Below are positions 16,808-25,427 of a DNA stretch of 64,000 bases, one piece after another. The notes beneath the pieces are model-generated. The model was not told where the DNA came from. It did not search any database and was given only the letters and a program-made list of their open reading frames with translations. A program made the translations under genes and the position numbers. The stretch is from a virus: IMG/VR virus record IMGVR_UViG_3300017917_002765, positions 72,576-136,575 of that record, one strand, 5' to 3'. Every line of letters starts with the position of its first letter. Within the stretch, counting starts at the first letter, position 1.

Positions 16808-17042
16808 TATATTTTAATATGTTATTTAGCTCTTCTTCTGATTGATGAAGAAATAACATTTCACCAAATTCTTCATCTATTTCTAAATGAATTATTGGTT
16901 TATCTATTCTGGCATAATATGCATCAAATCTAGCTACCTCTCCATTTACCAATTCAAATTCATCAAATTTTTCTGGTAATTTGTTTAAGAAAGCTTTTAA
17001 CTCTCTAATTGTTATTCCTTTGTTTTCATTATTTTCACTCAT
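16770..17042 (-). CDS. Hypothetical 90-aa protein
   Basis: ORF overlapping both neighbours; ITIRELKAFLNKLPE N-terminus of the kind common in small phage proteins. Confidence 0.65.
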   Translation of the reverse strand: MSENNENKGITIRELKAFLNKLPEKFDEFELVNGEVARFDAYYARIDKPIIHLEIDEEFGEMLFLHQSEEELNNILKYIDSRGNTEGTEQ

Positions 17043-17851
17043 AAATTTGTTAATTTTTCTTCACCAGTCTCTAGGTCTTCCAAAGACTTTATTTTAAATT
17101 GATAATACGGATATTTGTTTTCAACATCATGTTCTGTAAATGTTTTTGATTCAACATCCCACAACAGAAACCCGTGGTTGCTTACATTCTCTCCAAAATT
17201 TTGTTGTATAAGTGATGATGGATAAGCCACCAATATACCTTTGTGATTGAAGACTTGTCTTTTATGTATATCACCCAATAAAACAAAATCACAACCCTCA
17301 AATTCATCTAATTCAGCTCCATGGTCAATTTCATAACCAATATCTGTTTTAGCGTTTATAAGCGGAGCATGAAATAACCCAATGTATGTTTTGTCGTTAC
17401 CGAATTCATTTCTAGCCGCTTCAATGTTTGGTCTTTTGTTTTCTTCAAATATTGAATAAACACACCAAACTATATTATCATCCAAATAACACTTGCTTTC
17501 TTTAAAGTAATTTATGTCGTTGTCTGGTAAGAATTGAACCATCGGTGTTATGCTATCCATGCGGTCTTTGTTATTTTCCAACAAATCATGGTTTCCAGCT
17601 ATTAAAATTACTGGAGCTATCTTTTCTAAAGATTTCAATAGCCAAGTCCCAAGTATCAACTGTTCGTTTGAAATGATTATTTTCTGGTGAACTAGGTCAC
17701 CAGCAATTACTATTCTTATTTCTTCTCTTTGATAATCTTTTACTAATTCTTTGATGTCTATCAAAAGTTGTTTAAAAACATCTTTATATTCATCATGTAA
17801 TCTAAATGTTCTGATATGAATATCAGCCAAATGCACAATAGTTTTAACCAT
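17039..17851 (-). CDS. sbcD: Mre11/SbcD (T4 gp47-like) metallophosphoesterase nuclease
   Basis: HLADIH, AGDLVH, AGNHD, LFH, LGDIH, YPSSLIQQNFGE. Confidence 0.92.
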   Translation of the reverse strand: MVKTIVHLADIHIRTFRLHDEYKDVFKQLLIDIKELVKDYQREEIRIVIAGDLVHQKIIISNEQLILGTWLLKSLEKIAPVILIAGNHDLLENNKDRMDSITPMVQFLPDNDINYFKESKCYLDDNIVWCVYSIFEENKRPNIEAARNEFGNDKTYIGLFHAPLINAKTDIGYEIDHGAELDEFEGCDFVLLGDIHKRQVFNHKGILVAYPSSLIQQNFGENVSNHGFLLWDVESKTFTEHDVENKYPYYQFKIKSLEDLETGEEKLTNL

Positions 17852-18629
17852 TATTTTTCATTATATTATAGTGGTGCATCTCAATCAATTGCTTAGCTTC
17901 TTTTTTAAGATACATTATTTGTATTTTTTGAAACGTCTCTTTTTCTTTATCCCAATATAAAACATAAATCTGTCTGCATTTACGTTTAGGAAATTCTAAC
18001 TCATACATGTAAGCATAAACACTTAATTGTAAACTATATATCGACCATTGACATGCTTGTAGGTGGTCAAAAGGTTTATGAAGTGTTTCAAACCCATATG
18101 GGTTATAGAAATTAAAAACTCTGTTTGTTTTGTAATCAGCAACATCAAAAAACACATCATTAATATCAATGATTAAGTCTGACGTTCCAGCTAATTCATA
18201 TTCTTCAGAAAACAAAATTCTTTCTGGCCACATTGCTTGTCCTTCATCTACATTCAAAGTATTGTAGGCATCAATAACTTTTTGTTCAAAAACACCGTCT
18301 TCATTGTCTGGTGGAAAATACCATTTATTTGCCAATAAATAGCGTTCTACAATATCATGCACCTTTGTACCATAAACATTGGCTTCATCATTTAAAAATT
18401 GCCAATAATCTAAGATTTGTTGTTGTGACATACCGATATAGCGTTCTTGCTTAACATTATCGGCTTGTCTAGTAATAGCCAAAGAAACACCTTCTGCATC
18501 AAAGTGTGGTTCTATTGATGCTAGAGTTGTAGTGACTGATTTGTATATCTTACCAGTCTCCCTATGATGATATTTATGTTGGATTGGTTCTAAGAACAAT
18601 GGCCCAACCCATTTTTTTATTTTACCCAT
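17844..18629 (-). CDS. PD-(D/E)xK exonuclease
   Basis: SVTT, GTKVHDIVE, E..LFSEEYELAGTSDL, DYKT, QLSVYAY. Confidence 0.85.
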   Translation of the reverse strand: MGKIKKWVGPLFLEPIQHKYHHRETGKIYKSVTTTLASIEPHFDAEGVSLAITRQADNVKQERYIGMSQQQILDYWQFLNDEANVYGTKVHDIVERYLLANKWYFPPDNEDGVFEQKVIDAYNTLNVDEGQAMWPERILFSEEYELAGTSDLIIDINDVFFDVADYKTNRVFNFYNPYGFETLHKPFDHLQACQWSIYSLQLSVYAYMYELEFPKRKCRQIYVLYWDKEKETFQKIQIMYLKKEAKQLIEMHHYNIMKNNG

Positions 18630-18633
18630 AATG

Positions 18634-18664
18634 CAAATATACTAATTGTTATCTGTATATGCAA
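18634..18664 (-). promoter_or_regulatory. Bacteroidota sigma-A promoter (TTG-N20-TATATTTG), near-leaderless
   Basis: The -7 element ends 4 nt before ATG 18629. Confidence 0.78.
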
Positions 18665-18668
18665 GTTT

Positions 18669-19628
18669 TTAATATAATTCATTATCAGAAAGCTGTCTGG
18701 CAGACATAAGTAACTTTGTGATACCCTTTTTACCAAGCTTTTCGTGTATTTTAGACGGGTCATATCCCTCTGGACATCTAACAATCCTGATTCTATTTCT
18801 TAAATTACCAAAATTTAGTTGTCGATATAGATTTAAAGCATCAATATACGCATCATCATCTAACACTATTACCACATAACTCATAGCATGGTCATGTAAC
18901 AATTCAATAAGCTTTGGTGGAATGTATTTACCTAACAGAGGAACAGAATTTGGTACTACTACATGGTCTGTAACACCTTCTACCAAATAAATTGTAGCGT
19001 CAAAATTTAATTTACATTCATTAAAAATAATTTCTTGTTTTTCAGCTTCTGGATTTATGTATTTTAGCTTGGTTTTCTCTTTTTCGAACCATCTGGCAAC
19101 AAAATAATTTAGTTTACCATCGACATCATAAGATGGAAAAATAACTCTATTATAATATTTACCAACATACGTATACCCAATATCAAATTCTTTGATAATA
19201 TCATCTGTTATCCCACGCTCATACAGGTATCTTTTGGCTAATCTAGATTTATAGTCCTTATCTGTACAATCTGAAAGTTTTTTAAAACCATCTGGAAGCG
19301 TTACTACAATTTCTTTATGCTCTTTTTCATAGAAAGTATCAGCATCTGGTTTTACCAATAGGTAATCTCTTAGGTTTTTTTGCGTCCCATAACGCTTTAA
19401 AAGCCTTATTACAGAGCCGTGCATGTCATTAATATCCTGACAAGCCCAACATTTAAATAAACCCCTATTATAATTGATTTCAAGATTGCCTTTACCATCA
19501 CCTTCTGGCATACCTTTATCAGCTGAACAAGCTGGACAATCAAAAGATATTTGACCAGTTTCTTCGTTATGCTTCTTGTGTTCACCCAAAAAGCTTTCTA
19601 ATATGTTAACAAGTAGTAATTGCGCCAC
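18669..19628 (-). CDS. dnaG: DNA primase (zinc finger plus TOPRIM)
   Basis: CPAC...CWAC; YLYERGI; RVIFP; KYIN; LVEGVTD; LDDDA. Confidence 0.9.
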   Translation of the reverse strand: MAQLLLVNILESFLGEHKKHNEETGQISFDCPACSADKGMPEGDGKGNLEINYNRGLFKCWACQDINDMHGSVIRLLKRYGTQKNLRDYLLVKPDADTFYEKEHKEIVVTLPDGFKKLSDCTDKDYKSRLAKRYLYERGITDDIIKEFDIGYTYVGKYYNRVIFPSYDVDGKLNYFVARWFEKEKTKLKYINPEAEKQEIIFNECKLNFDATIYLVEGVTDHVVVPNSVPLLGKYIPPKLIELLHDHAMSYVVIVLDDDAYIDALNLYRQLNFGNLRNRIRIVRCPEGYDPSKIHEKLGKKGITKLLMSARQLSDNELY

Positions 19629-19632
19629 CTTG

Positions 19633-19664
19633 CAAAGGTACGAATAAAAATTGAATAAAACAAA
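19633..19664 (-). promoter_or_regulatory. Bacteroidota sigma-A promoter (TTTG-N20-TACCTTTG), near-leaderless
   Basis: Full consensus; ends 4 nt before GTG 19628. Confidence 0.8.
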
Positions 19665-20309
19665 TTACTTCCAAAAACCCATTTTCATCATGTAACCACG
19701 AGCAGCGACATAAGCATCTGAAGTATCAAATGTTTCCTTCTTTAGCTTATTGTTTTTATCATAGAACCATGTGATTTGAGGTTCCAATTCAGCCACTTTT
19801 TCCCATAGGACATATTTCTTGTCTACATCAAAGTCATAACCGCCAAATAAAACTGGTTCATTTTTAGCTATTTGTTTTTCTGAAAGTGGTGTTCCATCCT
19901 TCTTAAATTTACGAACAGCCATTAGTTCTGGAAACGCATATTTACGGGCATCGTAAGACGAAATAAAATCTGGAACAACACCAATAGTGTCATAAACAGA
20001 CTTGGAAATCATACCATTAAAGCGTAAAAGAGTTGCGATAGTATATACATTGTTTGATTGTAAAAGCGGCTCTTCAATCACAACCTTTGTAATACCAAAA
20101 TCAGCATATTTGTTTAAAAACTCAGTTTGGAATATTTCAACCTTTCTAAAAAGTTCTTCCAATTTATTTTCTGGTTTTGGTTTAACTTTCGGACTAACGT
20201 GGTGTAATAGTTTTAATTCTCCATTGTCACCTAAGTCTTCAAATAACGCAATACCAATAGTGGAAGTAGAAACATCTAAGGCTAAAATATAATTTGGCTT
20301 TTTACTCAT
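19665..20309 (-). CDS. RuvC-like Holliday junction resolvase (RNase H fold)
   Basis: ILALDVSTSTIG, VVIEEP, DTSDAY acidic catalytic set. Confidence 0.8.
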   Translation of the reverse strand: MSKKPNYILALDVSTSTIGIALFEDLGDNGELKLLHHVSPKVKPKPENKLEELFRKVEIFQTEFLNKYADFGITKVVIEEPLLQSNNVYTIATLLRFNGMISKSVYDTIGVVPDFISSYDARKYAFPELMAVRKFKKDGTPLSEKQIAKNEPVLFGGYDFDVDKKYVLWEKVAELEPQITWFYDKNNKLKKETFDTSDAYVAARGYMMKMGFWK

Positions 20310-20354
20310 AGTATTTTTATTTTAATCTAATGAGTGTTTTTTAAAGGTAAAGTC

Positions 20355-21557
20355 TTAGAGACTTATTTTCACGTTCAAAGCCAAAAATTCGTTTACATTC
20401 TTAACCAAGTGTCTATCTGTTTTTGCTACTGCGATAAGGTTTCCAGTATTATCATATAAACCAAGTTCACTGATTCTTGGTGAATCAGTTCCTGTAAATG
20501 TTGAATTGGTCGAACCACCAAATTCACCTCTATTTGCTATACAAGTTACGTTCTGATAAACAGCCGTTGATACACTGTTAAAAGTAACTGATGTAGCACT
20601 AGCTACTGTTGCATCATAATTAGAAACTATTGATGGGTGTGTGATTACAATAATACCTTTATCTAAATAAGCTATACCAACTGGTGTATCAGCACTAAGA
20701 CCTAGGTTTGTATTTGTTTGAAGATTGTATAGTTGTTTTCCATTAATACTAAATGGTTTACTTGTGTTATAACCAGTTGCCCAACTTAATGAGGCAGAAC
20801 CACCATTAGGTGTTAGTATGCTGTCTGAAAACAATAAAGCAATATTTGGTCCTAAAAAACTTGTGACTGTAGAGGTTTCTCTAATATTAGCATCTTGTAC
20901 ATTAACTGAACTAGTTCCATTTTGGAATGTGCTATACATTGTATATGTACCAGCCGAAGTTGGTAGAACAACTTGAATTGTTTTCCCATCAATACATTCA
21001 CCATAATTAGCATTATTAATTGCTATTGTAACTATATTTGTTTGAGCTAAACCACTAAGAGCTGTATCTGAATAACCACCTAAATTAAAAGTAACACCAG
21101 TATAGTTACTATCTTCAATTGATGATAAAGAAAGACCAAAAGAATAGAATAAATTAACTAAACTATCAGTTGTATAATTGTTTCTATTGATAGTATTTTT
21201 TGTTAAAGTTGTTCCTGTAAGGGTTGTAACACCGTTTTCGATTTGTTCTACAGTCACATTTATTGATTGAGTTTCTACTGATTTTCTCAACGCACCACTT
21301 GGATTTAAAATTAAAGGATTTTTTATTACCACTAATTCAGCAGTACTATTACTAGTTGTTGAATTAACACCAATATCACCAGCTTCAGCTGGTACTTGTC
21401 CAGTTGTTAACGGTAATGTTACATTGTAATTTGCATCAGAGTCACCTAAAGCAAATGTAGAAATAAGTGCATTATTAGTAGAAACAAGCTTTTGTCTACC
21501 ATAAGGTGTTAGCTTTGCTATAAGTGTTGTTGTTGTTGCTGTTGATATGAATCCCAT
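20355..21557 (-). CDS. Tail/baseplate structural protein with split tail-collar-fibre-like domain
   Basis: N-terminal KLTPYGRQKL...FALGDSD and C-terminal ISELGLYDNTGNLIAVAK; S/T/G/N-rich. Confidence 0.7.
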   Translation of the reverse strand: MGFISTATTTTLIAKLTPYGRQKLVSTNNALISTFALGDSDANYNVTLPLTTGQVPAEAGDIGVNSTTSNSTAELVVIKNPLILNPSGALRKSVETQSINVTVEQIENGVTTLTGTTLTKNTINRNNYTTDSLVNLFYSFGLSLSSIEDSNYTGVTFNLGGYSDTALSGLAQTNIVTIAINNANYGECIDGKTIQVVLPTSAGTYTMYSTFQNGTSSVNVQDANIRETSTVTSFLGPNIALLFSDSILTPNGGSASLSWATGYNTSKPFSINGKQLYNLQTNTNLGLSADTPVGIAYLDKGIIVITHPSIVSNYDATVASATSVTFNSVSTAVYQNVTCIANRGEFGGSTNSTFTGTDSPRISELGLYDNTGNLIAVAKTDRHLVKNVNEFLALNVKISL

Positions 21558-21576
21558 TTTATATGTTTTTTACTGG

Positions 21577-23685
21577 TTAAAAATCAAGAGACAATTCAAA
21601 CATTATAGTATTTCCATTGCTCAAGTTAACTGGTTTACTAAGTTTACCAATACATACTAAGTTTAAATTGGAATCATAGATACCAACTTCTGTTACTTTA
21701 ATGTTTGGTGGATTAGTTGATAAATCTTTGCTTCTTGTAGGGTTAGAAGTTGTATTAAATTGACTTGAATCTACTCTAATGTCAAATATTGTTTTATAAA
21801 TAGTAGCACCAATATATGTTTCCAAGTTACCGTAGAAGAATCTTTCATCCCCGAATTGTAAATAACTTGGTTGATTTGTGGGTGCCATGTTTAATAATGA
21901 ATATAAACTAAATGTTGTGGCTGCTGAGTGTTTTAAAGAATCTAATACAAAACCAGTTAATGTTGGTGTTTGATTTTCAAATAATTTAGGGTCAATAGTT
22001 TGTCCAGCAACTGATGTAATTGCAGTACTAGTAAAATCATATGATTTCCAAGCTCCAGCATCTGGTCTTATTGTACTATCAGAAACTATTTGATATAATA
22101 ACTTAAAGTTTGTAGCATAAAAACCTAATCCATCGTAACCAGCACTTTCTGCTTTACGCATATATGGTAATAAATCAGTTTCATTGATTCTAAACACAAT
22201 ATCTTTGGCACTGGATGAATTATTGGTAACCTTAACATAATTTTGACAAGGCAAACTTGTTGTTAAACCACTAGTTAAACCACTGATTTCTAAACTATAA
22301 GTAAGATATATTGTTTGATTAGGTTGTAATACACCAGTTGATGTTCCACCACTTGGAGCTTGAATATTTGCCGCTAATTCTGGTAATGTCCAGTTTCTAT
22401 TTGATTTATAAGACATTGCAGCTACAATTTCATCATCAGTAAAAGCAATCATCTTAAGTTGTGGAAATACCTTACCAACTACTTTAGTCACAGTATTTGC
22501 ACTTGAAATTAAAGATGGATGTTCTATTAAGTCTATATATTGAATGTCACTAGTACCAAGCAATTGTGTGGCACCAGATGCGATAAATGTCATACCCATG
22601 CTTGTACCACTAGCTGTAGAATAACCATTTCTATGGTACATAATATTAGGAATATGAACTTGAACGTACTTATTATTTGTTGCATCAACATACAAAAATT
22701 CACCATAAAGGTTAGATATTGCATTATTGGTATAATGAATGATTGATACAGATTTTGAAACATCATCTGGATAACTAAATCCAGGTCCATTACATGTAAG
22801 GGTTGTATTTGTAACACCAGTACTTTCACAAAGAATTTCCAAATATGGGTTTTTAGTACCTAAATATGTATAAGACCCAAATTTAGTATAATCCTCATAT
22901 AAGGTATTAGCACTCATGCCAGCTAAATTTTCACACCAAACATTATTCATATTCCAAACTGGAACATCATGACATGTTACGTTTACTGATGAATTAAAAG
23001 ATAGAGTACCAGAATCCCAATAAGCGGTTGTAGTACCAGTACCTATTGTATCATAAACCTCACCACCCTTGTAAATAACAGCAACAGAATTACCAGTAAA
23101 TGCAGAATAAGATGGTAAATTTCTATCTAAACCAAGTGTATTTCCAGTTATTCCTTGTATTTTAAACCATAAATTTGGCAAGGCTAAGGTTGTATCATTT
23201 GAACTTATTGAACCAGATTTTGTGTTGGTTAGCTTTAATAATACAATATCACCAACTGATACATTTGTTGTTGATGACAGAGTTAAATTTGATGTACCAG
23301 AAATTGTTGTGTTAGATACAGTTTGGTAATATGGGGTTAATTCTGAACTTAAATCACTAGTAAATGTTGCACCAGTATGAACAAAAAAACCTCTTTCTGG
23401 TGCTTCATTATTTACAATTGCTTTAATTACATTCAAATTAGAAGCATTAATGCTTTGATAATTTGATGTCGAATTGCTCTGTGTAATAAATGATTTTATA
23501 TTTGGTTGTCTGTCAACTGGTCTTAAAATAGTACTTGTTGAAGCTGATAAAGAATCGTAGTTGATTTCAGAATCACCAATTGCCCAATAAGTAAAATTTA
23601 ATTGACCCAAGGCCAATTGTTCTCTACCTTTTTCTGTTAATTTTATGCCGACAAACGGACTTGTACTTGGAATGATATAGCTCAT
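21577..23685 (-). CDS. Tail/baseplate structural protein, paralog of the adjacent 400-aa gene
   Basis: KLTEKGREQL...WAIGDSE and VTEVGIYDSNLNLVCIGKL. Confidence 0.7.
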   Translation of the reverse strand: MSYIIPSTSPFVGIKLTEKGREQLALGQLNFTYWAIGDSEINYDSLSASTSTILRPVDRQPNIKSFITQSNSTSNYQSINASNLNVIKAIVNNEAPERGFFVHTGATFTSDLSSELTPYYQTVSNTTISGTSNLTLSSTTNVSVGDIVLLKLTNTKSGSISSNDTTLALPNLWFKIQGITGNTLGLDRNLPSYSAFTGNSVAVIYKGGEVYDTIGTGTTTAYWDSGTLSFNSSVNVTCHDVPVWNMNNVWCENLAGMSANTLYEDYTKFGSYTYLGTKNPYLEILCESTGVTNTTLTCNGPGFSYPDDVSKSVSIIHYTNNAISNLYGEFLYVDATNNKYVQVHIPNIMYHRNGYSTASGTSMGMTFIASGATQLLGTSDIQYIDLIEHPSLISSANTVTKVVGKVFPQLKMIAFTDDEIVAAMSYKSNRNWTLPELAANIQAPSGGTSTGVLQPNQTIYLTYSLEISGLTSGLTTSLPCQNYVKVTNNSSSAKDIVFRINETDLLPYMRKAESAGYDGLGFYATNFKLLYQIVSDSTIRPDAGAWKSYDFTSTAITSVAGQTIDPKLFENQTPTLTGFVLDSLKHSAATTFSLYSLLNMAPTNQPSYLQFGDERFFYGNLETYIGATIYKTIFDIRVDSSQFNTTSNPTRSKDLSTNPPNIKVTEVGIYDSNLNLVCIGKLSKPVNLSNGNTIMFELSLDF

Positions 23686-23690
23686 ATATT

Positions 23691-23724
23691 ATAAATATCT
23701 TTTTTTTATTTTAATTATAAATAT
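23691..23724 (-). promoter_or_regulatory. Two tandem putative late-promoter motifs ATATTTAT
   Basis: Copies at 23691-23698 and 23717-23724, both in the context GATATTTATAAT. Confidence 0.6.
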
Positions 23725-23740
23725 CCTATAGTCAATAATA

Positions 23741-25165
23741 TTAATATGAATTTATAGCATTACTTTGAATAACTATTGGAATAGTGTCACTATATGCAAT
23801 ATCTGTTATTATTTGACCACAAAGATTTTCGTAGTTTTTTTGGTTTTTAACCCTATAATATAATTTAGTCCCTACTGTACCAGAAACGACAAATGAATCA
23901 ATATAATTTATTTCATTAACAATATAGTTTTGACTGCTAGTATGATAAAAATTTGAAAAACTAGTACCTGTACTTACTTCCAATGTAAAAACACCATTTG
24001 TTGTTTGAGGCGGGTTACTTATTGACCAAGATACATTTGGTTGGTTAACTATTATACCATTTACTGCCGAAATTGTCGGGATATAAACTATAGTTATAAT
24101 ATCACCAACTTCCAAATCACCTTCCAATATTATTCTTTTATCGTTCGTAATTGATTGATAATAATCAATATTATAAGCTAGTGTTAAACCATTTAATATA
24201 AGAAAAAAAGAAGATGAATCAGACGGGCTAACACTAGTATATACCTCATATTTTGAAGTTGTAGTATTGTAATAAACATTTTCAGAACCTTCACCATTTG
24301 TTGCTCCACTAACTATAGGTTTTGAAACTGAAATAGTATCACCAACTAAGTTACCACCACCTGCTGTGGTGTAAATTATTGTAATAACATCACCCTCAAC
24401 TGTTGCCCCACTTAAAGTCACAACATTCCCTGAAAATGTATAATCAAGTCCAGGTGATAAAGTCAAACCATTTAATGTACAAATAAAAGCTCCAACATAA
24501 GATTGGTCGATAACAAAAACGGTTTCACCTTCGCTTGGTAATATTATTTGTTGAAATAATTGATTTGGTGGCGGATTATTACTGGCGTTTTGTAATAAAA
24601 TTGGTTTATCAGCAGTTTTAAATGCTATAAAATAATAGTCTAAATTATCTTCATAAATACCATATTCATTTCCGTTTATATAATCACGTGTGTTTATGGT
24701 TTTACCTAATTTTGATAGAAAATCAGTACAAACATTAAATTGATAATACCCCTTTATTAAATAATCACCATCTAAATTTAAAGAGGAAACTGGAATGGTC
24801 TGTGAAAGTATATTGGTTCCACTAAAAGCTGAATAAGAATAAGTTTCAGATTCATAAACAGCTGGTTGTGTAAATATATTAGCATTTGTGCTATATTTGT
24901 AAATTTCGTATTTATAAGTAGGGCTTGATGCCGTAAATGTTTCTAAATTACCAGTAAACACAAAAGACAACGGTATTGTTGTTGCAGTAGAGATAACGTA
25001 AGTTGTACCAGTAGAACCAGTACAATCTATCTTTGAAGCACCACTAACAGAAAACAATGGTGCTTCAAAAACACACATATCAGAACTCATATTGACATTA
25101 AAAATATCTTTATTTCTGACTGCACTGTTTTCGTTTTGTACATATATTAATTCTTGGTATCTCAT
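23741..25165 (-). CDS. Virion structural protein with two beta-rich repeats
   Basis: LNGLTLSPGLDYT...GDVITIIY and LNGLTLAYNIDYY...GDIITIVY; FnIII-like C-terminus (YYRVK). Confidence 0.65.
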   Translation of the reverse strand: MRYQELIYVQNENSAVRNKDIFNVNMSSDMCVFEAPLFSVSGASKIDCTGSTGTTYVISTATTIPLSFVFTGNLETFTASSPTYKYEIYKYSTNANIFTQPAVYESETYSYSAFSGTNILSQTIPVSSLNLDGDYLIKGYYQFNVCTDFLSKLGKTINTRDYINGNEYGIYEDNLDYYFIAFKTADKPILLQNASNNPPPNQLFQQIILPSEGETVFVIDQSYVGAFICTLNGLTLSPGLDYTFSGNVVTLSGATVEGDVITIIYTTAGGGNLVGDTISVSKPIVSGATNGEGSENVYYNTTTSKYEVYTSVSPSDSSSFFLILNGLTLAYNIDYYQSITNDKRIILEGDLEVGDIITIVYIPTISAVNGIIVNQPNVSWSISNPPQTTNGVFTLEVSTGTSFSNFYHTSSQNYIVNEINYIDSFVVSGTVGTKLYYRVKNQKNYENLCGQIITDIAYSDTIPIVIQSNAINSY

Positions 25166-25407
25166 TAGTAATCAACGTTTAATGTTATAGGTTGAATGTT
25201 TATATTATTTTTTAAACCAAAATTTAATGGTTTTGAAAGTCTTGAAGTTACTTGAACCTCTGATAAATTTTGTAAAAAAGCAATAAATCCACCTATATTA
25301 ATATAATCTTCAACTTGAACTTCACCAGACACGGACTTTACATAAACCACATTATTTGTTATTGGTTCATAAATTTCCCCCTCTACTTTTTTTAATAACT
25401 TTGGCAT
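25165..25407 (-). CDS. Hypothetical 80-aa protein
   Basis: Coupled to the downstream gene; ATATTTAT at 25412-25419. Confidence 0.6.
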   Translation of the reverse strand: MPKLLKKVEGEIYEPITNNVVYVKSVSGEVQVEDYINIGGFIAFLQNLSEVQVTSRLSKPLNFGLKNNINIQPITLNVDY

Positions 25408-25427
25408 CTTTATAAATATTTAAAGTA

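Noticed and set aside
17844-20309. Cas4 or Cas12/TnpB CRISPR-related nucleases
   Set aside because: The PD-(D/E)xK protein lacks the four-Cys Fe-S pattern of Cas4. The RuvC-like protein is 214 aa with no zinc finger or REC region. No repeat-spacer array is visible, and the context is replication/recombination.
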